A stretch of DNA of 64,000 nucleotides from assembly GCA_963793265.1 (NCBI GenBank), contig CAWBZI010000001.1, positions 832,001-896,000 of the forward strand, written 5' to 3'. Position 1 is the first letter of the stretch; each line of letters starts with the position of its first letter. Made by a program: the position numbers and the translations under genes. The notes below the pieces were generated by a model that saw only the letters and a list, made by a program, of their open reading frames with translations, made no database searches and was not told the origin of the DNA. Source of the DNA: an uncultured cyanobacterium (GTDB lineage Bacteria; Cyanobacteriota; Cyanobacteriia; Phormidesmidales; Phormidesmidaceae). Shown in pieces: positions 19,261-30,004 of the stretch.

Positions 19261-19296
19261 GGCGTTCCTTAAAAGAAGGGGGCGCTTTTTCAGTTT
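19261..19296 (+). terminator. Probable terminator after the STAS gene
   Basis: GGCGTTCCTT-aaaag-AAGGGGGCGCT hairpin (G-U pairs, one bulge) followed by a T-run. Confidence 0.55.
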
Positions 19297-19380
19297 TTGG
19301 GCATCTATAAACAGCAAAACCTCGGCCCGAATCTTTGCGATATAGTGATAGCCGATGCTTCCCCTATCAAACTAATTGCT

Positions 19381-22146
19381 GTGATCCCTGCCTCCACCGC
19401 TACTTCAGCTACCGCTACAGATCTGATCAACGCTGATATTTCTCGGCCCGCTCGCTACTTGGGCAATGAGCGTGGTGCGGTTCATAAGCCCTGGAAAAGT
19501 GCTGACGTGCGCTGGGTGCTCACCTATCCAGAAATTTATGAAGTGGGCGCGTCTAATTTAGGGCACATCATTCTGTACAGCATTTTGAACGCTCAGCCTC
19601 GGCAGCTATGCGATCGCGCCTATCTTCCCGCTGCCGACCTCAGCCAAAAGCTAAAAGACAGTGGAAGCCCCCTATTCGCCGTCGAGTCAAAGCGCAGCCT
19701 CACTGACTTTGATATTTTAGGATTCAGCCTTAGTTACGAACTAGGCGCGACCAACATTCTTGAAATGCTGACCCTAGCCCAGGTGCCTTTGACCTGGAAA
19801 GAGCGAGACGCCGAAGGCTCTTGGCACGTAAAAGACAATCAGGAGAACGGCGGAGAAGATGGGAGCTGGCCGCTCATCTTTGCAGGCGGCGGTACGGCTA
19901 CTTCTAATCCAGAACCCTATGCCGAGTTCTTTGATTTTGTCGCACTAGGAGATGGCGAAGAACTCCTGCCCGAGATTGGGCTGGTGCTAGAAGAAGGTAA
20001 AGCTGCTGGACTCAGCCGCCAAGAAATACTGCTCGATTTGGCCCAGGTACCCGGTGTATATGTGCCGCGTTTTTATGATATGGCCCCTGACGGCTCGGTG
20101 CATCCCAATCGCCCTGACGTACCCGCGCGCATCCTCCGCCGAGTCGCACCGCCGATGCCGGAATATTCTATTGGCCTCGTGCCTTATGTAGAAACCGTGC
20201 ACGATCGCCTTACGGTCGAAATCCGTCGCGGCTGCACCCGAGGCTGTCGCTTTTGCCAGCCTGGAATGCTCACACGGCCTGCTAGAGACGTTCCGCCTGA
20301 GCAGGTGATTGACACGATTGAACGAGGAATGCGTGAAACCGGCTACAACGAATTTTCGCTGCTGTCTTTGAGCTGTTCGGACTATCTAGCGCTGCCTGCG
20401 GTTGGCGTAGAAATTAAGAATCGCTTGAAAGATGAAAATATCAACCTTTCACTGCCCAGTCAACGGGTCGATAGATTTGACGAGAATATTGCTCACATTG
20501 TCGGTGGCTTAAGGCAAACTGGTCTGACGTTTGCCCCTGAAGCTGGAACGCAGCGAATGCGCGACATTATCAATAAGGGGCTTACGAATGAGGAGCTATT
20601 GCGTGGGGTAAAAACGGCTTACGATCAAGGCTGGGAGCGCGTGAAGCTGTACTTTATGATTGGCTTGCCTGGCGAGACCGATGTAGACGTGCTCGGCATT
20701 GCCGAAACTGTGAGATGGCTGCGGCAGGAATGCTTTATTAAAGGTCGGCGGGCGTTAAAGTTCAATATCACCATTTCTAACTTAACGCCGAAGCCGCACA
20801 CGCCTTTTCAGTGGCATTCGGTGTCAACCGATGAATTTAAGCGAAAGCAAGGGCTATTACAGGCTGAGCTTAATTCAATCCGAGGCGTGAAGGCAAACTT
20901 TACGGACGTACGAATTTCGGCGATGGAGGACTTTGTAGGCAGAGGCGATCGCCGCTTATCAGCCGTCGTTCGCAGAGCCTGGGAACTCGGGGCAGGTATG
21001 GACGCCTGGTGGGAGAGTTTAGAGAAGGCGTTTGGCGCTTGGACGCAGGCGATCGCAGATGCCGGACTAGATTGGAAATACCGCCAGGTAGAAAACGGCG
21101 AGTGGGATCTAGACGAAAACATTGCTAGCGCCGAAGCCAATGAGTCTGAGGCCACGGATAGTACCGAACATCAGGCAGTGGACGATGCGATGCAGGCCGT
21201 TTTGGCGCGCAGGTTGCCTTGGGATCACATTGATACGGGGATTGAAAAGCAGTGGTTAAAGGAAGAGCTAAAGAACGCTCTAGCAGCGGCAACCGTGCCC
21301 GACTGCTCCTTTGAAGGCTGCTCTCATTGCGGTATCTGTGGGCCAGACTTTGGTCATAACATTATCGTGCCGCCAATAGAGATCCCAGATTTTGCTGGAC
21401 ACTTCAAGCCTAATCAGACACGCGCGCAACGGCTACGAATCAAAGTTGGCAAGCTGGGCGATATGGCCCTCATCGGTCATCTAGACTTCGCCCGATTGAT
21501 GGATAGAGCCGTTCGCCGCGCATCTTTACCGATTGCGTTCACAGGTGGATTCCACCCTGGGCCAAGAATTTCGCCAGCCAGCGCGCTTTCATTAGGACTA
21601 ACAAGTACAGGAGAGCTGATTGACTTTGAACTCACTGAAATCATAGATCCTGCTGACTTCAGAGCACGGCTACAGGCACAGCTTCCTGACGATGTGCCAA
21701 TCTACGAGGTTGAAGAGGTGTCTTTGAACTCAGCTTCCACGACAAAGTGCCTTGATCGGGCTGAGTATCTGCTGGCCGTAGATACCGCAGAGGGCATTGG
21801 TAACTGGTCGCAGTGGGTGCAGCAGGTACTAGATGCGCCACAAATGATGCAAACAAAAACGACCAAATCGGGTAAAACGAAGGAAGTGGATTTGCGATCG
21901 CGACTCTTTGAACTATCGATTGCCGGTAACGATCAACTGTCCTTGCTACCGAAAGTCGTGAGCTGTCGCCTTACTTCAGCTCACAGCTCATCAAGTCAGC
22001 CTACCGTCTTGCACTATGTTGGGAGCTGTCGCAACGATGGAACGCTACTCAAGCCTCAAAACATCGTAACGATGCTAGAGACTGTGAGCGCTCAAGAAAT
22101 TTTGCTAGGGCCTGTCCACCGCGTACAACTTATATTAAATAGCTGA
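19381..22146 (+). CDS. B12-binding radical SAM protein (TIGR03960-like) fused to a TIGR03936/DUF2344-like domain
   Basis: PARYLGNE, YPEIYEVGASNLG, RGCTRGCRFC, FAPEAGTQR, C-terminal CxxxxCxxCxxC, then GHLDF.R...R..LPIAFTGGFHPGPRIS; the start (GTG ~19381) is uncertain. Confidence 0.9.
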   Translation: MIPASTATSATATDLINADISRPARYLGNERGAVHKPWKSADVRWVLTYPEIYEVGASNLGHIILYSILNAQPRQLCDRAYLPAADLSQKLKDSGSPLFAVESKRSLTDFDILGFSLSYELGATNILEMLTLAQVPLTWKERDAEGSWHVKDNQENGGEDGSWPLIFAGGGTATSNPEPYAEFFDFVALGDGEELLPEIGLVLEEGKAAGLSRQEILLDLAQVPGVYVPRFYDMAPDGSVHPNRPDVPARILRRVAPPMPEYSIGLVPYVETVHDRLTVEIRRGCTRGCRFCQPGMLTRPARDVPPEQVIDTIERGMRETGYNEFSLLSLSCSDYLALPAVGVEIKNRLKDENINLSLPSQRVDRFDENIAHIVGGLRQTGLTFAPEAGTQRMRDIINKGLTNEELLRGVKTAYDQGWERVKLYFMIGLPGETDVDVLGIAETVRWLRQECFIKGRRALKFNITISNLTPKPHTPFQWHSVSTDEFKRKQGLLQAELNSIRGVKANFTDVRISAMEDFVGRGDRRLSAVVRRAWELGAGMDAWWESLEKAFGAWTQAIADAGLDWKYRQVENGEWDLDENIASAEANESEATDSTEHQAVDDAMQAVLARRLPWDHIDTGIEKQWLKEELKNALAAATVPDCSFEGCSHCGICGPDFGHNIIVPPIEIPDFAGHFKPNQTRAQRLRIKVGKLGDMALIGHLDFARLMDRAVRRASLPIAFTGGFHPGPRISPASALSLGLTSTGELIDFELTEIIDPADFRARLQAQLPDDVPIYEVEEVSLNSASTTKCLDRAEYLLAVDTAEGIGNWSQWVQQVLDAPQMMQTKTTKSGKTKEVDLRSRLFELSIAGNDQLSLLPKVVSCRLTSAHSSSSQPTVLHYVGSCRNDGTLLKPQNIVTMLETVSAQEILLGPVHRVQLILNS

Positions 22147-22151
22147 AGTCT

Positions 22152-22832
22152 ATGCCTAACCGTTTGGCTAAGTTTGGATATATCGCCGCTGGTATAACGC
22201 TGGTGAGTTTAGTTAATAGCCGTGCCATTGCAGCACCAGTGGAGTCCGAAAGGGTTGCCCAAACTGGGAATCAGACGGACTTTGTGCTGGCAGCAGTGCG
22301 ATCGCAGCTCTCAGACTTAAGCCAGTTTCCTTTATTGCTACCCTCCGAGCGCGAAGAGTTAGAAGCCTCTAGCAGTGATATTTCGCCTACTGCGCTCAGT
22401 CAGCCCAGCCTTTTTTGGGCGCAAGATCAGGTAGGGGCTCGCTATGGGAGCGATCGCCTAGTAGACCAGTGGCGCGCCTATCAGGTAGATGACGAGAACG
22501 GCAGACCCGTTAGCTACGTCGATGCCGTTGTTAACGAACGCATCTGGAACCTACTCACCTACTTTGAACGCTACGCCGTTATCACCCAGCTAGGCACCGC
22601 CGCAAAAGACTACGGCTATAACCTGCGCGTGTTTCATACTGGCGATGCTGCCAATGCCGATGAATCTAGAAGCTCTGGCAACCTCAATTTAGTAACGCTC
22701 CGAGGCGCTTACGTATGCGATTTCGATCAACTGTCATTTTCAGTAGACGCTGACGGCATCACAGCCCCCCCCTGCGAAATCGTATACAACGCACTCAGCC
22801 GCCGTCGCCGACAAAGCGTCCTATCAAACTAA
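22152..22832 (+). CDS. Hypothetical exported protein
   Basis: Signal-peptide-like N-terminus ending AIA-A; 226 aa. Confidence 0.75.
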   Translation: MPNRLAKFGYIAAGITLVSLVNSRAIAAPVESERVAQTGNQTDFVLAAVRSQLSDLSQFPLLLPSEREELEASSSDISPTALSQPSLFWAQDQVGARYGSDRLVDQWRAYQVDDENGRPVSYVDAVVNERIWNLLTYFERYAVITQLGTAAKDYGYNLRVFHTGDAANADESRSSGNLNLVTLRGAYVCDFDQLSFSVDADGITAPPCEIVYNALSRRRRQSVLSN

Positions 22833-22863
22833 CCCCTAGAAACACTGGTAGGGGCGTAAAACC

Positions 22864-24114
22864 TTACGCCCTCCGGCGCAACTGCTGCCACAGCGCAAAA
22901 TAAGCCATTTGCAGCGTCGCCGGAATCGGCAACAAAGGCTCGCTATTTCTCAGCGTACTTACCGGCAAAAGCCCACCTGCCAAAGTCTCAGGCACGCTAT
23001 CGTCATCACCCAAAAAGATAGGCGAGAGCCCCCTACCGGCCACTGAGATTTGAGCTGCTGGGCCCACCTGCCAGCAAAAATCGATCCACTGCTGGGCCAG
23101 CTCACTCATAGGAGCCCCTTTAGGCCGCACCCACATGTCTGCCGACAGCAAGCTGCCTTCCTCTGGCACCACCACTCTTAGCTCGCGATATCGATTCAGC
23201 GCCGCCGCCACCTCTCCTGACCAGGCCACTACCACCTTCACATCTCCATTCACCAGCGCTTTCAAAGAGTTTTCAGAGTCGTAGGTTTTCACCTGCTCGT
23301 TGAGCTGAGTAAAAGGCTCTGCTAACTGTTCAGCTAGCTGTTCGACCAAAGTACTACCAACGGATCGGCTCTCATCGGTCGAGCTATCGGCCAAACGGTC
23401 AGCCGAGCTACCACCTGTGCTTTCAATCGCACCATTGAAGCTGCCAGTCTGGATCTTCTGCAGCAGTCCAATCACCAATCTAGGATGATTTGGTAAGGCT
23501 ATTACTTGGCGTAGCTCAGGCTGAAGCAAATCGCGCCATGATTGAAAAGGAGGATTCTGTGACGCCGGAAAAGCATCTCGGCGGTAAACAATTACTAGGG
23601 TTTGCACTTTGTAAGGCGCAGCCCATAGGGATATTTCTTGCGAACTAGCGCTCTGGCCACCGTTCTGCATCTGTCCCTTGGCGTCACGACTAGCAAACTG
23701 TTGCCAGGCGGCAGGTAGCGCTTCGAGGTTCTTCTCTGGAATCTCTAAGGGATCTATCAGGTTTTGAGCGATCGCACTTTCCAGCCAATAGTCACCAATA
23801 CTCACCAAGTCATCTGGCATCGACGTTGCCTCAGCATTCATCCAAGGCAAAAGCCGCCGCACTGAAAATCCTGAAGACGCCACCGGCTTTTGCCAGATCT
23901 GTAGCTGCTGATAAAGGCTCTGAAGCTGCGCTGCCATTTGAAACCTGACCGGTTCAGCCGTCTGCTTACGAAACCGCTGCAAAACTTCAGGCGGGATAGA
24001 ACCGTCCAGCATACTGATTTTGAGCGCGTTTGCGGGCGTTCGCTGACAGCTGGTGATTGAGCTGCTAGCAGCGATCACAGCGGTTCCTAAAATGAGCGTT
24101 CTGCGAGTGATCAT
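22864..24114 (-). CDS. Extracellular solute-binding protein (PotD/PotF-like), Tat-lipoprotein type signal
   Basis: ITRRTLIL...ITS-C; SWRDLLQPEL; VAWSGE; VVPEEGSLLSADMWV; QWIDFC. Confidence 0.85.
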   Translation of the reverse strand: MITRRTLILGTAVIAASSSITSCQRTPANALKISMLDGSIPPEVLQRFRKQTAEPVRFQMAAQLQSLYQQLQIWQKPVASSGFSVRRLLPWMNAEATSMPDDLVSIGDYWLESAIAQNLIDPLEIPEKNLEALPAAWQQFASRDAKGQMQNGGQSASSQEISLWAAPYKVQTLVIVYRRDAFPASQNPPFQSWRDLLQPELRQVIALPNHPRLVIGLLQKIQTGSFNGAIESTGGSSADRLADSSTDESRSVGSTLVEQLAEQLAEPFTQLNEQVKTYDSENSLKALVNGDVKVVVAWSGEVAAALNRYRELRVVVPEEGSLLSADMWVRPKGAPMSELAQQWIDFCWQVGPAAQISVAGRGLSPIFLGDDDSVPETLAGGLLPVSTLRNSEPLLPIPATLQMAYFALWQQLRRRA

Positions 24115-24166
24115 TAAGCGTCTATTAGCAAAGGGGTGATGGAAATAATATCAAGCTTCAATAGCA

Positions 24167-24196
24167 AAGCGCAGTAGGACAACACCCACTGCGCTT
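24167..24196 (-). terminator. Terminator or stabilising hairpin after psbV
   Basis: Minus strand: AAGCGCAGTGGG-TGTTGT-CCTACTGCGCTT, then TGCTATT. Confidence 0.7.
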
Positions 24197-24269
24197 AAAG
24201 TTTAGCGATTCTAAGCTAGAAAGCTTCTTATAGTAGAAGACTTTTTGCCGTAGAAAAGTACAAAGAAAA

Positions 24270-24803
24270 CTACAGAGACTTCGTTTTACCTGCACCCCAT
24301 TTATCGCCCATCACCTTAGGCATCACGAGAATATGAGCAGAGATTGCTTCGATATCATCGTCGGTGAGGTTCCGCATCTTAGGATAGAGGTCGGTGCTCT
24401 GAGTACTAGGATGCAGCTCAGAGATCTCTACCAATCCATCATAGGTGGTGGGATTGTTGAGATAGTCTACTAGGGCCGCGAGGTTATCGCGGGCAGGATA
24501 GGCACCTTCTAGTGATTCTGTATCTAAGCCTACGTTGGGGTTGGTTTTAGTGATGCCCCCAACGTGACAAGTCGCGCAGGCAACGTTGAACTTTTTGCGA
24601 CCGCGAAGAAAAACTTCGACAGGCGGGGTAACGGTGTCGCCCTGCTCGGTGGCTTTGATCGTACGGGTCGCAGCATCTAGATCAGCAGCGATCGCCTCAC
24701 CTGGCAACACGGTAGCACCCATCAAACCTGCGCCAAACACGCCAGATACAAAAATGACAGTCGCAACCAGCAGCCCGGTGCATCTCTTAAACAAATTTCT
24801 CAT
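24270..24803 (-). CDS. psbV: Photosystem II cytochrome c550
   Basis: Signal peptide; CATCHVGGITKTNPNVGL; PTTYDG; ELHPS; PKMRNLT. Confidence 0.97.
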   Translation of the reverse strand: MRNLFKRCTGLLVATVIFVSGVFGAGLMGATVLPGEAIAADLDAATRTIKATEQGDTVTPPVEVFLRGRKKFNVACATCHVGGITKTNPNVGLDTESLEGAYPARDNLAALVDYLNNPTTYDGLVEISELHPSTQSTDLYPKMRNLTDDDIEAISAHILVMPKVMGDKWGAGKTKSL

Positions 24804-25017
24804 TTTTTATGCTCGCTTCTCAGACACGCAACACAGCAGTGATTCAGTTTTTATTGAACCAAATTCTCTATTTATCATGCCATGAATAGGGCTACACAGG
24901 GGGAACAAACCACTAGAAAGTAGATAAAAAGCACTCAAACTAAAAAGAGCCCACCGCCAAAGCTTAGGATTCGTTACATTCCTTTACCCAAACGCAGACA
25001 ATCGGTGAGAGCAGTTC

Positions 25018-25962
25018 TTAAGGCTCAGCGCTATGCAAGACTTTCTTAACCTGCTTAGCATTCACAATCACTTTATCTGCCGAGGGCTGATCGACAGGCC
25101 GATGCAGCCGAATAAGCTGCGCCAAAACCTTCTTCAGCTCAGGGCGCGGCACGATTTTGTCTACAAAGCCATGGCGCAGCAAATATTCCGCTGTTTGGAA
25201 TCCTTCTGGAAGCTTTTCACGCACAGTTTGCTCTACAACGCGTCGCCCTGCAAAGCCAATCGTCGCCTCAGGCTCAGCCAAAATAATATCGCCCAGCATG
25301 GCAAAACTCGCAGTGACCCCGCCCGTCGTCGGATGCGTCAAAATCGGGATGTAAAGTAACCGGGCCTCACGATGGCGCTCTAGAGCTGCTGAAATTTTGG
25401 CCATCTGCATCAGGCTCAGCATTCCTTCCTGCATTCGAGCCCCGCCCGAAGCGCACACGATAAATACCGGCAGTTTCTCAGCCGTGCCTTTTTCTATCAG
25501 CCGAGTGAGTTTTTCACCTACTACCGAGCCCATGCTACCGCCCATAAAGCGAAAGTCCATCACGCCCAAGGCTGCGGGTTCACCGTTGATAGTACCGATG
25601 CCTGTTTGCACACCGTCTATCAGCTTTGTTTTGGCTTGGGTGTCGCGGATGCGGTCGGCGTAGGCTTTGCGATCGCGAAATCTCAGCGGATCCAGCGGCG
25701 AAACTTGCGTATCGAGAGGCGTCCAACTATCGGCATCAATGAGCTGTTCGATGCGATCGCTGCTAAAAATACGATGGTGGTGTCCACACTCAGGGCACAC
25801 CTGCTGATTATTCCACAGGTCTTTGGTGTAGGTAAGCACGTCACAGCGCTCGCACTTCGTCCACAGTCCGTCTGCAATTTCTCGCTCGTGTCTATCCTGG
25901 CTCACTAAACCCGTCTTCCTACGATTTGCAAACCAGTCGAAAAGTGACATTTTCCCGCTCAT
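25018..25962 (-). CDS. accD: Acetyl-CoA carboxylase carboxyltransferase beta subunit
   Basis: Zn finger CxxC..Cxx[42 protein letters not shown]. Confidence 0.98.
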   Translation of the reverse strand: MSGKMSLFDWFANRRKTGLVSQDRHEREIADGLWTKCERCDVLTYTKDLWNNQQVCPECGHHHRIFSSDRIEQLIDADSWTPLDTQVSPLDPLRFRDRKAYADRIRDTQAKTKLIDGVQTGIGTINGEPAALGVMDFRFMGGSMGSVVGEKLTRLIEKGTAEKLPVFIVCASGGARMQEGMLSLMQMAKISAALERHREARLLYIPILTHPTTGGVTASFAMLGDIILAEPEATIGFAGRRVVEQTVREKLPEGFQTAEYLLRHGFVDKIVPRPELKKVLAQLIRLHRPVDQPSADKVIVNAKQVKKVLHSAEP

Positions 25963-26164
25963 CGAACTTACTTAAGTCGCAGCCCCGAAAAAATACGTAA
26001 TCTTAATGAGGCAAATTACTTATTCATCCTACATGGGTTGCTTCCCCACTTGAATCATTCGATAGCAAATTCTTTTAACCGGCACAGGCAAAAAGCCCTT
26101 CCATAAGATACCAGTAAGGTTTTTCTAACTTAAAGGTTCGTACTTCTAATCCGACAAGCCCAGG

Positions 26165-27007
26165 CTAAAGACCCAGCGGAAAAAACACGGCTAAATAGGC
26201 CGAAATCATCTGCTGACCATAGAACAGTGACAGCACTGCGCCCAAGGCTAGATAGGGGCCGAACGGAATGTGCTGCTTAGGCCCAAGCGCACCTAAAGCC
26301 ATAGCCCCACCACCAATCACCGCGCCCATCGCCGCCGCTAAAAAAGTAGCCAGCAGCAATCCAGGAAAGCCCAACCACGCCGCCATCATCGCCGCCAGCT
26401 TGGCGTCACCGCCACCCATCGCCTGTTTACCAAAAGCTCTACTACCGGCAACGCTGATCACATCAAACAGCCAAAGCCCCGCAATGCTTGCTATGACCGC
26501 CCACACAGCGCCAGTCGCCACAGATCGAAGCGTCGGCGCTTGCAAATAGCTCACCCAGCCCTGAAACCCCCAGCCTAAAATTAGGCCCGAAGCAGTCAGG
26601 CTATTCGGCAGCGTCATCGTATCCAAATCAATCAGCGCCAGCGCCAGCAGCCAGCATACAAAGATCCAGTGACCCGGCGTTAGCCACGTGATCCCAAACA
26701 TCATAAATACAGATACGAATAAGCAGCCCGTTGCGAACTCTACGATTGGATAGCGGGCCGCGATCGGCAGCTTGCAGCTACGGCACTTACCTTTTAGCCA
26801 CAGCCAGCCGAAAACCGGCACGTTGTCGTAGGGCTTGAGGCGCGTTTCGCAGCGCGGGCAGCGAGAAGGCGGATGAACCAGCGATAGACCTTCTGGCAGG
26901 CGATAGACCACCACGTTTAAAAAGCTTCCGACCGATGCCCCGAAGATAAAGACAATCAGAATCGGAACGATAGTATCTAATAAATAAAGACGCACAAACA
27001 GCCACAA
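26165..27007 (-). CDS. pilD: Prepilin peptidase/N-methyltransferase
   Basis: GSFLNVVVYRLP, SRCPRC, GKCRSC, IDLD, MGGGDAKL, IPFGPYL. Confidence 0.96.
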   Translation of the reverse strand: MWLFVRLYLLDTIVPILIVFIFGASVGSFLNVVVYRLPEGLSLVHPPSRCPRCETRLKPYDNVPVFGWLWLKGKCRSCKLPIAARYPIVEFATGCLFVSVFMMFGITWLTPGHWIFVCWLLALALIDLDTMTLPNSLTASGLILGWGFQGWVSYLQAPTLRSVATGAVWAVIASIAGLWLFDVISVAGSRAFGKQAMGGGDAKLAAMMAAWLGFPGLLLATFLAAAMGAVIGGGAMALGALGPKQHIPFGPYLALGAVLSLFYGQQMISAYLAVFFPLGL

Positions 27008-27059
27008 AGCGCTAGATTTTGCTCTAATATGCCCAAGCTATCAACGGCTATTGATACAA

Positions 27060-27102
27060 AACCTCCCGTCTGACGGCATCTAGCATCGTCGGACGGGAGG
27101 TT
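27060..27102 (-). terminator. Long hairpin/terminator between the hypothetical gene and pilD
   Basis: AACCTCCCGTCTGACG-N11-CGTCGGACGGGAGGTT, a 16-bp stem with one imperfect pair; short T-tracts flank both sides. Confidence 0.75.
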
Positions 27103-27143
27103 TATAGAAGGCTGATTGAAGGGCTGAGAGGGGGCGCGATCGC

Positions 27144-27452
27144 CTAAGCTAGCCCTGGCTCAATTTGGCTAAAGGGTACAAAACACTCTTGCGGAAGCAG
27201 CACGGGCTTCTCTCCAAAAACCAGCTTGCCGCGATGGCTGCGCCGTCCGATGGCAACGCCGATCGGACGCTGAATTACGTCGGGATGAACTTCATAAAAG
27301 GTGCGGTAGATGTGCCGTGCGGCCTTAATCAGCTCAGGATTGAGTAGCACAGAATCATCTCCAAAGGCGAGTCGATCAGTTTCTGGGGGTTGCATGGTTA
27401 GCGCATTCATAGCTGGAGGGCTCAAGTGGGGTAATACCGTTTGTAGTGACAT
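27144..27452 (-). CDS. Hypothetical protein
   Basis: ATG ORF between leuB and pilD (ARHIYRTFYEVHP...RPIGVAI...PVLLPQECFVPF). Confidence 0.75.
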   Translation of the reverse strand: MSLQTVLPHLSPPAMNALTMQPPETDRLAFGDDSVLLNPELIKAARHIYRTFYEVHPDVIQRPIGVAIGRRSHRGKLVFGEKPVLLPQECFVPFSQIEPGLA

Positions 27453-27592
27453 ACCTGTTGGTGCTGATATTACAGCTTATTTAGAAGATTTTTCTTTTGT
27501 TTGCTAGTAACATCTGCACACAGGATAATACAGACCGACACACAGTAGTTTTTTTGTACTGTTTTACGGTCAGCTTGCGTTAAGCCTTAGCT

Positions 27593-28696
27593 TCAAGCAC
27601 CTTCTTCAAGCGCTTTTTTAAGCGCCTGCTCTAGGGCTTCACCCATGCCTTTACAACCCACAGACTTCATCCCGTCAGACATAATATCCCCGGTGCGATA
27701 GCCCTGATCTAGCACGGTGAGCACGGCCTGCTCAATTTGGTCGGCCGCAGCGCTCTGGTCAAGACCGTAGCGCAGCATCATAGCGGCACTGAGCACCTGA
27801 GCTAGCGGGTTAGCTTTGTCTTGCCCCGCAATATCTGGCGCTGAACCATGAACCGGCTCAAACACACCAGGGCCGCTCTCGCCCAAGCTCGCAGATGGTA
27901 GCATACCGATGCTTCCCGTTAACATGGCCGCAGCATCAGACAAAATGTCACCGAAAAGGTTGCCGGTCACGATGGTGTCAAATTGCTTGGGGGCGCGCAC
28001 AAGCTGCATAGCCGCATTATCTACATATAGATGGGAGAGTTCCACGTCGGTGTAGTCACTGCTAAGGGCGGTGATGCGATCGCGCCAAAGCTGAGAAACA
28101 TCCAGCACATTTGCCTTATCCACCGAACACAGTTGGCCTTTGCGTTTACGCGCCGTCTCAAAAGCCACCCGACCAATTCGATCAATCTCATGGCTGTCGT
28201 ACACCATCGTACTCACCCCGCGTTTCTGACCGTCTTCAGTTTCAAAAATGCCTTTAGGCGTCCCAAAGTAAATCCCGCCCGTCAGTTCACGCACCACCAT
28301 AATGTCAACGCCTTCCACAATCTCGGGCTTCAGTGAAGACGCATCAAGAAGCTGAGGCAAAATCGTCGCGGGCCGCAGGTTCGCAAATAATCCTAAGCCT
28401 GAACGCAGTCCCAGTAGCCCTGTCTCAGGCCGCTGCGCCCGAGGCAGTCCGTCCCACTTATAGCCGCCGATAGACGCTAGCAAAACCGCGTCACTCTCGC
28501 GGCAGGCATTCAGCGTTTCATCAGGCAGCGGCTCACCAGTAGCATCAATAGCTGCGCCCCCAAGCAGTGCCTCTGTAAAGATAAATTCAATGTCGTGCTG
28601 CTCAGCGACCTGATTTAGAACAGCCACAGCAACGGAGATAATTTCTGGGCCGATGCCGTCACCGGGCAATAGGGTAATACGAAACTGTTCGGTCAT
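27593..28696 (-). CDS. leuB: 3-isopropylmalate dehydrogenase
   Basis: [48 protein letters not shown]; true start MTEQFRI at 28696. Confidence 0.98.
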   Translation of the reverse strand: MTEQFRITLLPGDGIGPEIISVAVAVLNQVAEQHDIEFIFTEALLGGAAIDATGEPLPDETLNACRESDAVLLASIGGYKWDGLPRAQRPETGLLGLRSGLGLFANLRPATILPQLLDASSLKPEIVEGVDIMVVRELTGGIYFGTPKGIFETEDGQKRGVSTMVYDSHEIDRIGRVAFETARKRKGQLCSVDKANVLDVSQLWRDRITALSSDYTDVELSHLYVDNAAMQLVRAPKQFDTIVTGNLFGDILSDAAAMLTGSIGMLPSASLGESGPGVFEPVHGSAPDIAGQDKANPLAQVLSAAMMLRYGLDQSAAADQIEQAVLTVLDQGYRTGDIMSDGMKSVGCKGMGEALEQALKKALEEGA

Positions 28697-28828
28697 GGTC
28701 AGCGCAACGTAAAGAGGGACGGGAGCATAATACCTGATGAACCCCGCGCCTGAACCTTGCGGTAAAATGCGCACATATATATTGACGCAGTAGGCATCTG
28801 GCCTAATCTTAGAGAGAAAAATAAACGC

Positions 28829-29986
28829 ATGGCTTTTCTTCGCGACGACATTGCTCAGTTCTCCGCCTACCAAGCCCCTCATCCCACCGCCGCCGAAGCT
28901 TCAGCTCTGCCTGTACTCGATCCGCTAGATACCAACGAGAGCCCGATTGATTTGCCTGCTGATATGAAAGCGGCGCTGGCTGAGGATTATTTGGAGGCGA
29001 TCGCAGCTAACCGCTATCCCGACGGCAGCCAGTCGGCCCTCAAGCGAGCTATTACCAAATACGCCACCCAATCAGGCAACCTCACCGGGCAAACCGTTGG
29101 CCTAGAGAACGTCACATTGGGCAATGGCTCCGACGAACTGATTCGATCCGTGGTCATGGCGACCTGTTTGGGAAACCACGGCTCTGTATTGGTCGCTGAG
29201 CCTACCTTCTCAATGTATGGCGTCTTAGCTCAGACCTTGGGTGTGCCAGTGCACAGCGTTGATCGTAAAGATAATTTTGAAGTTGATATCAATGCGGCCA
29301 GTGAGATGATCGCACAAGCCACCCAAACCGGCCCACCCGTTCGCACCGTCTTCATGGTGCACCCCAACTCTCCGACTGGAAACGCACTGACGAACCAAGA
29401 ACTAACCTGGCTTAAGCAGCTACCAGAAGACATCTTAGTCGTCGTTGATGAAGCCTATTTCGAGTTCAGCGGGCGCACCACATTAGCCCAAGCTCTTTTA
29501 AAACCAAACTGGTTAGTTACACGTACTTTATCAAAGGGATTTCGCCTTGCCGCGCATCGAGTGGGCTACGGCATTGCTCACCCCGCCATCATCGCCGCCT
29601 TAGAGAAACTAAGATTGCCCTATAACCTACCGAGCTTCTCCCAGGCAGCAGCCACCACCGCCCTAGCCCACAGCGACCAGCTCCTCAGCCAAATTCCGAC
29701 CATTCTATCGGAGCAGCAGCAGCTATATAAGGCTCTCAGCGACCACGCTTACCTGCAAGTTTGGCCAAGTGATAGCAACTTTCTATACGTTCGGTTGAGC
29801 GATCGCGGCCTTGCAGCCCTATCAGCACCTAATCAAAAAGACGGACTCACTCACATGTTCACAGCTCTCAAATCCCAAGGCACCCTCATTCGTCAAACAG
29901 GCGGCGGCTTACGCATCAGCATCGGCACACCCAGCGAAAACCAGCGCACCCTCGCCAACATCCGTCAGGTACTCGGCACCAAATAA
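28829..29986 (+). CDS. hisC: Histidinol-phosphate aminotransferase
   Basis: [52 protein letters not shown]. Confidence 0.95.
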   Translation: MAFLRDDIAQFSAYQAPHPTAAEASALPVLDPLDTNESPIDLPADMKAALAEDYLEAIAANRYPDGSQSALKRAITKYATQSGNLTGQTVGLENVTLGNGSDELIRSVVMATCLGNHGSVLVAEPTFSMYGVLAQTLGVPVHSVDRKDNFEVDINAASEMIAQATQTGPPVRTVFMVHPNSPTGNALTNQELTWLKQLPEDILVVVDEAYFEFSGRTTLAQALLKPNWLVTRTLSKGFRLAAHRVGYGIAHPAIIAALEKLRLPYNLPSFSQAAATTALAHSDQLLSQIPTILSEQQQLYKALSDHAYLQVWPSDSNFLYVRLSDRGLAALSAPNQKDGLTHMFTALKSQGTLIRQTGGGLRISIGTPSENQRTLANIRQVLGTK

Positions 29987-30004
29987 CAGGCACACCCTCA
30001 GCTA

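Noticed and set aside
28697..28882. N-terminal extension of leuB overlapping hisC
   Set aside because: Homology begins at [16 protein letters not shown]; the extension is just open frame across the divergent promoter.
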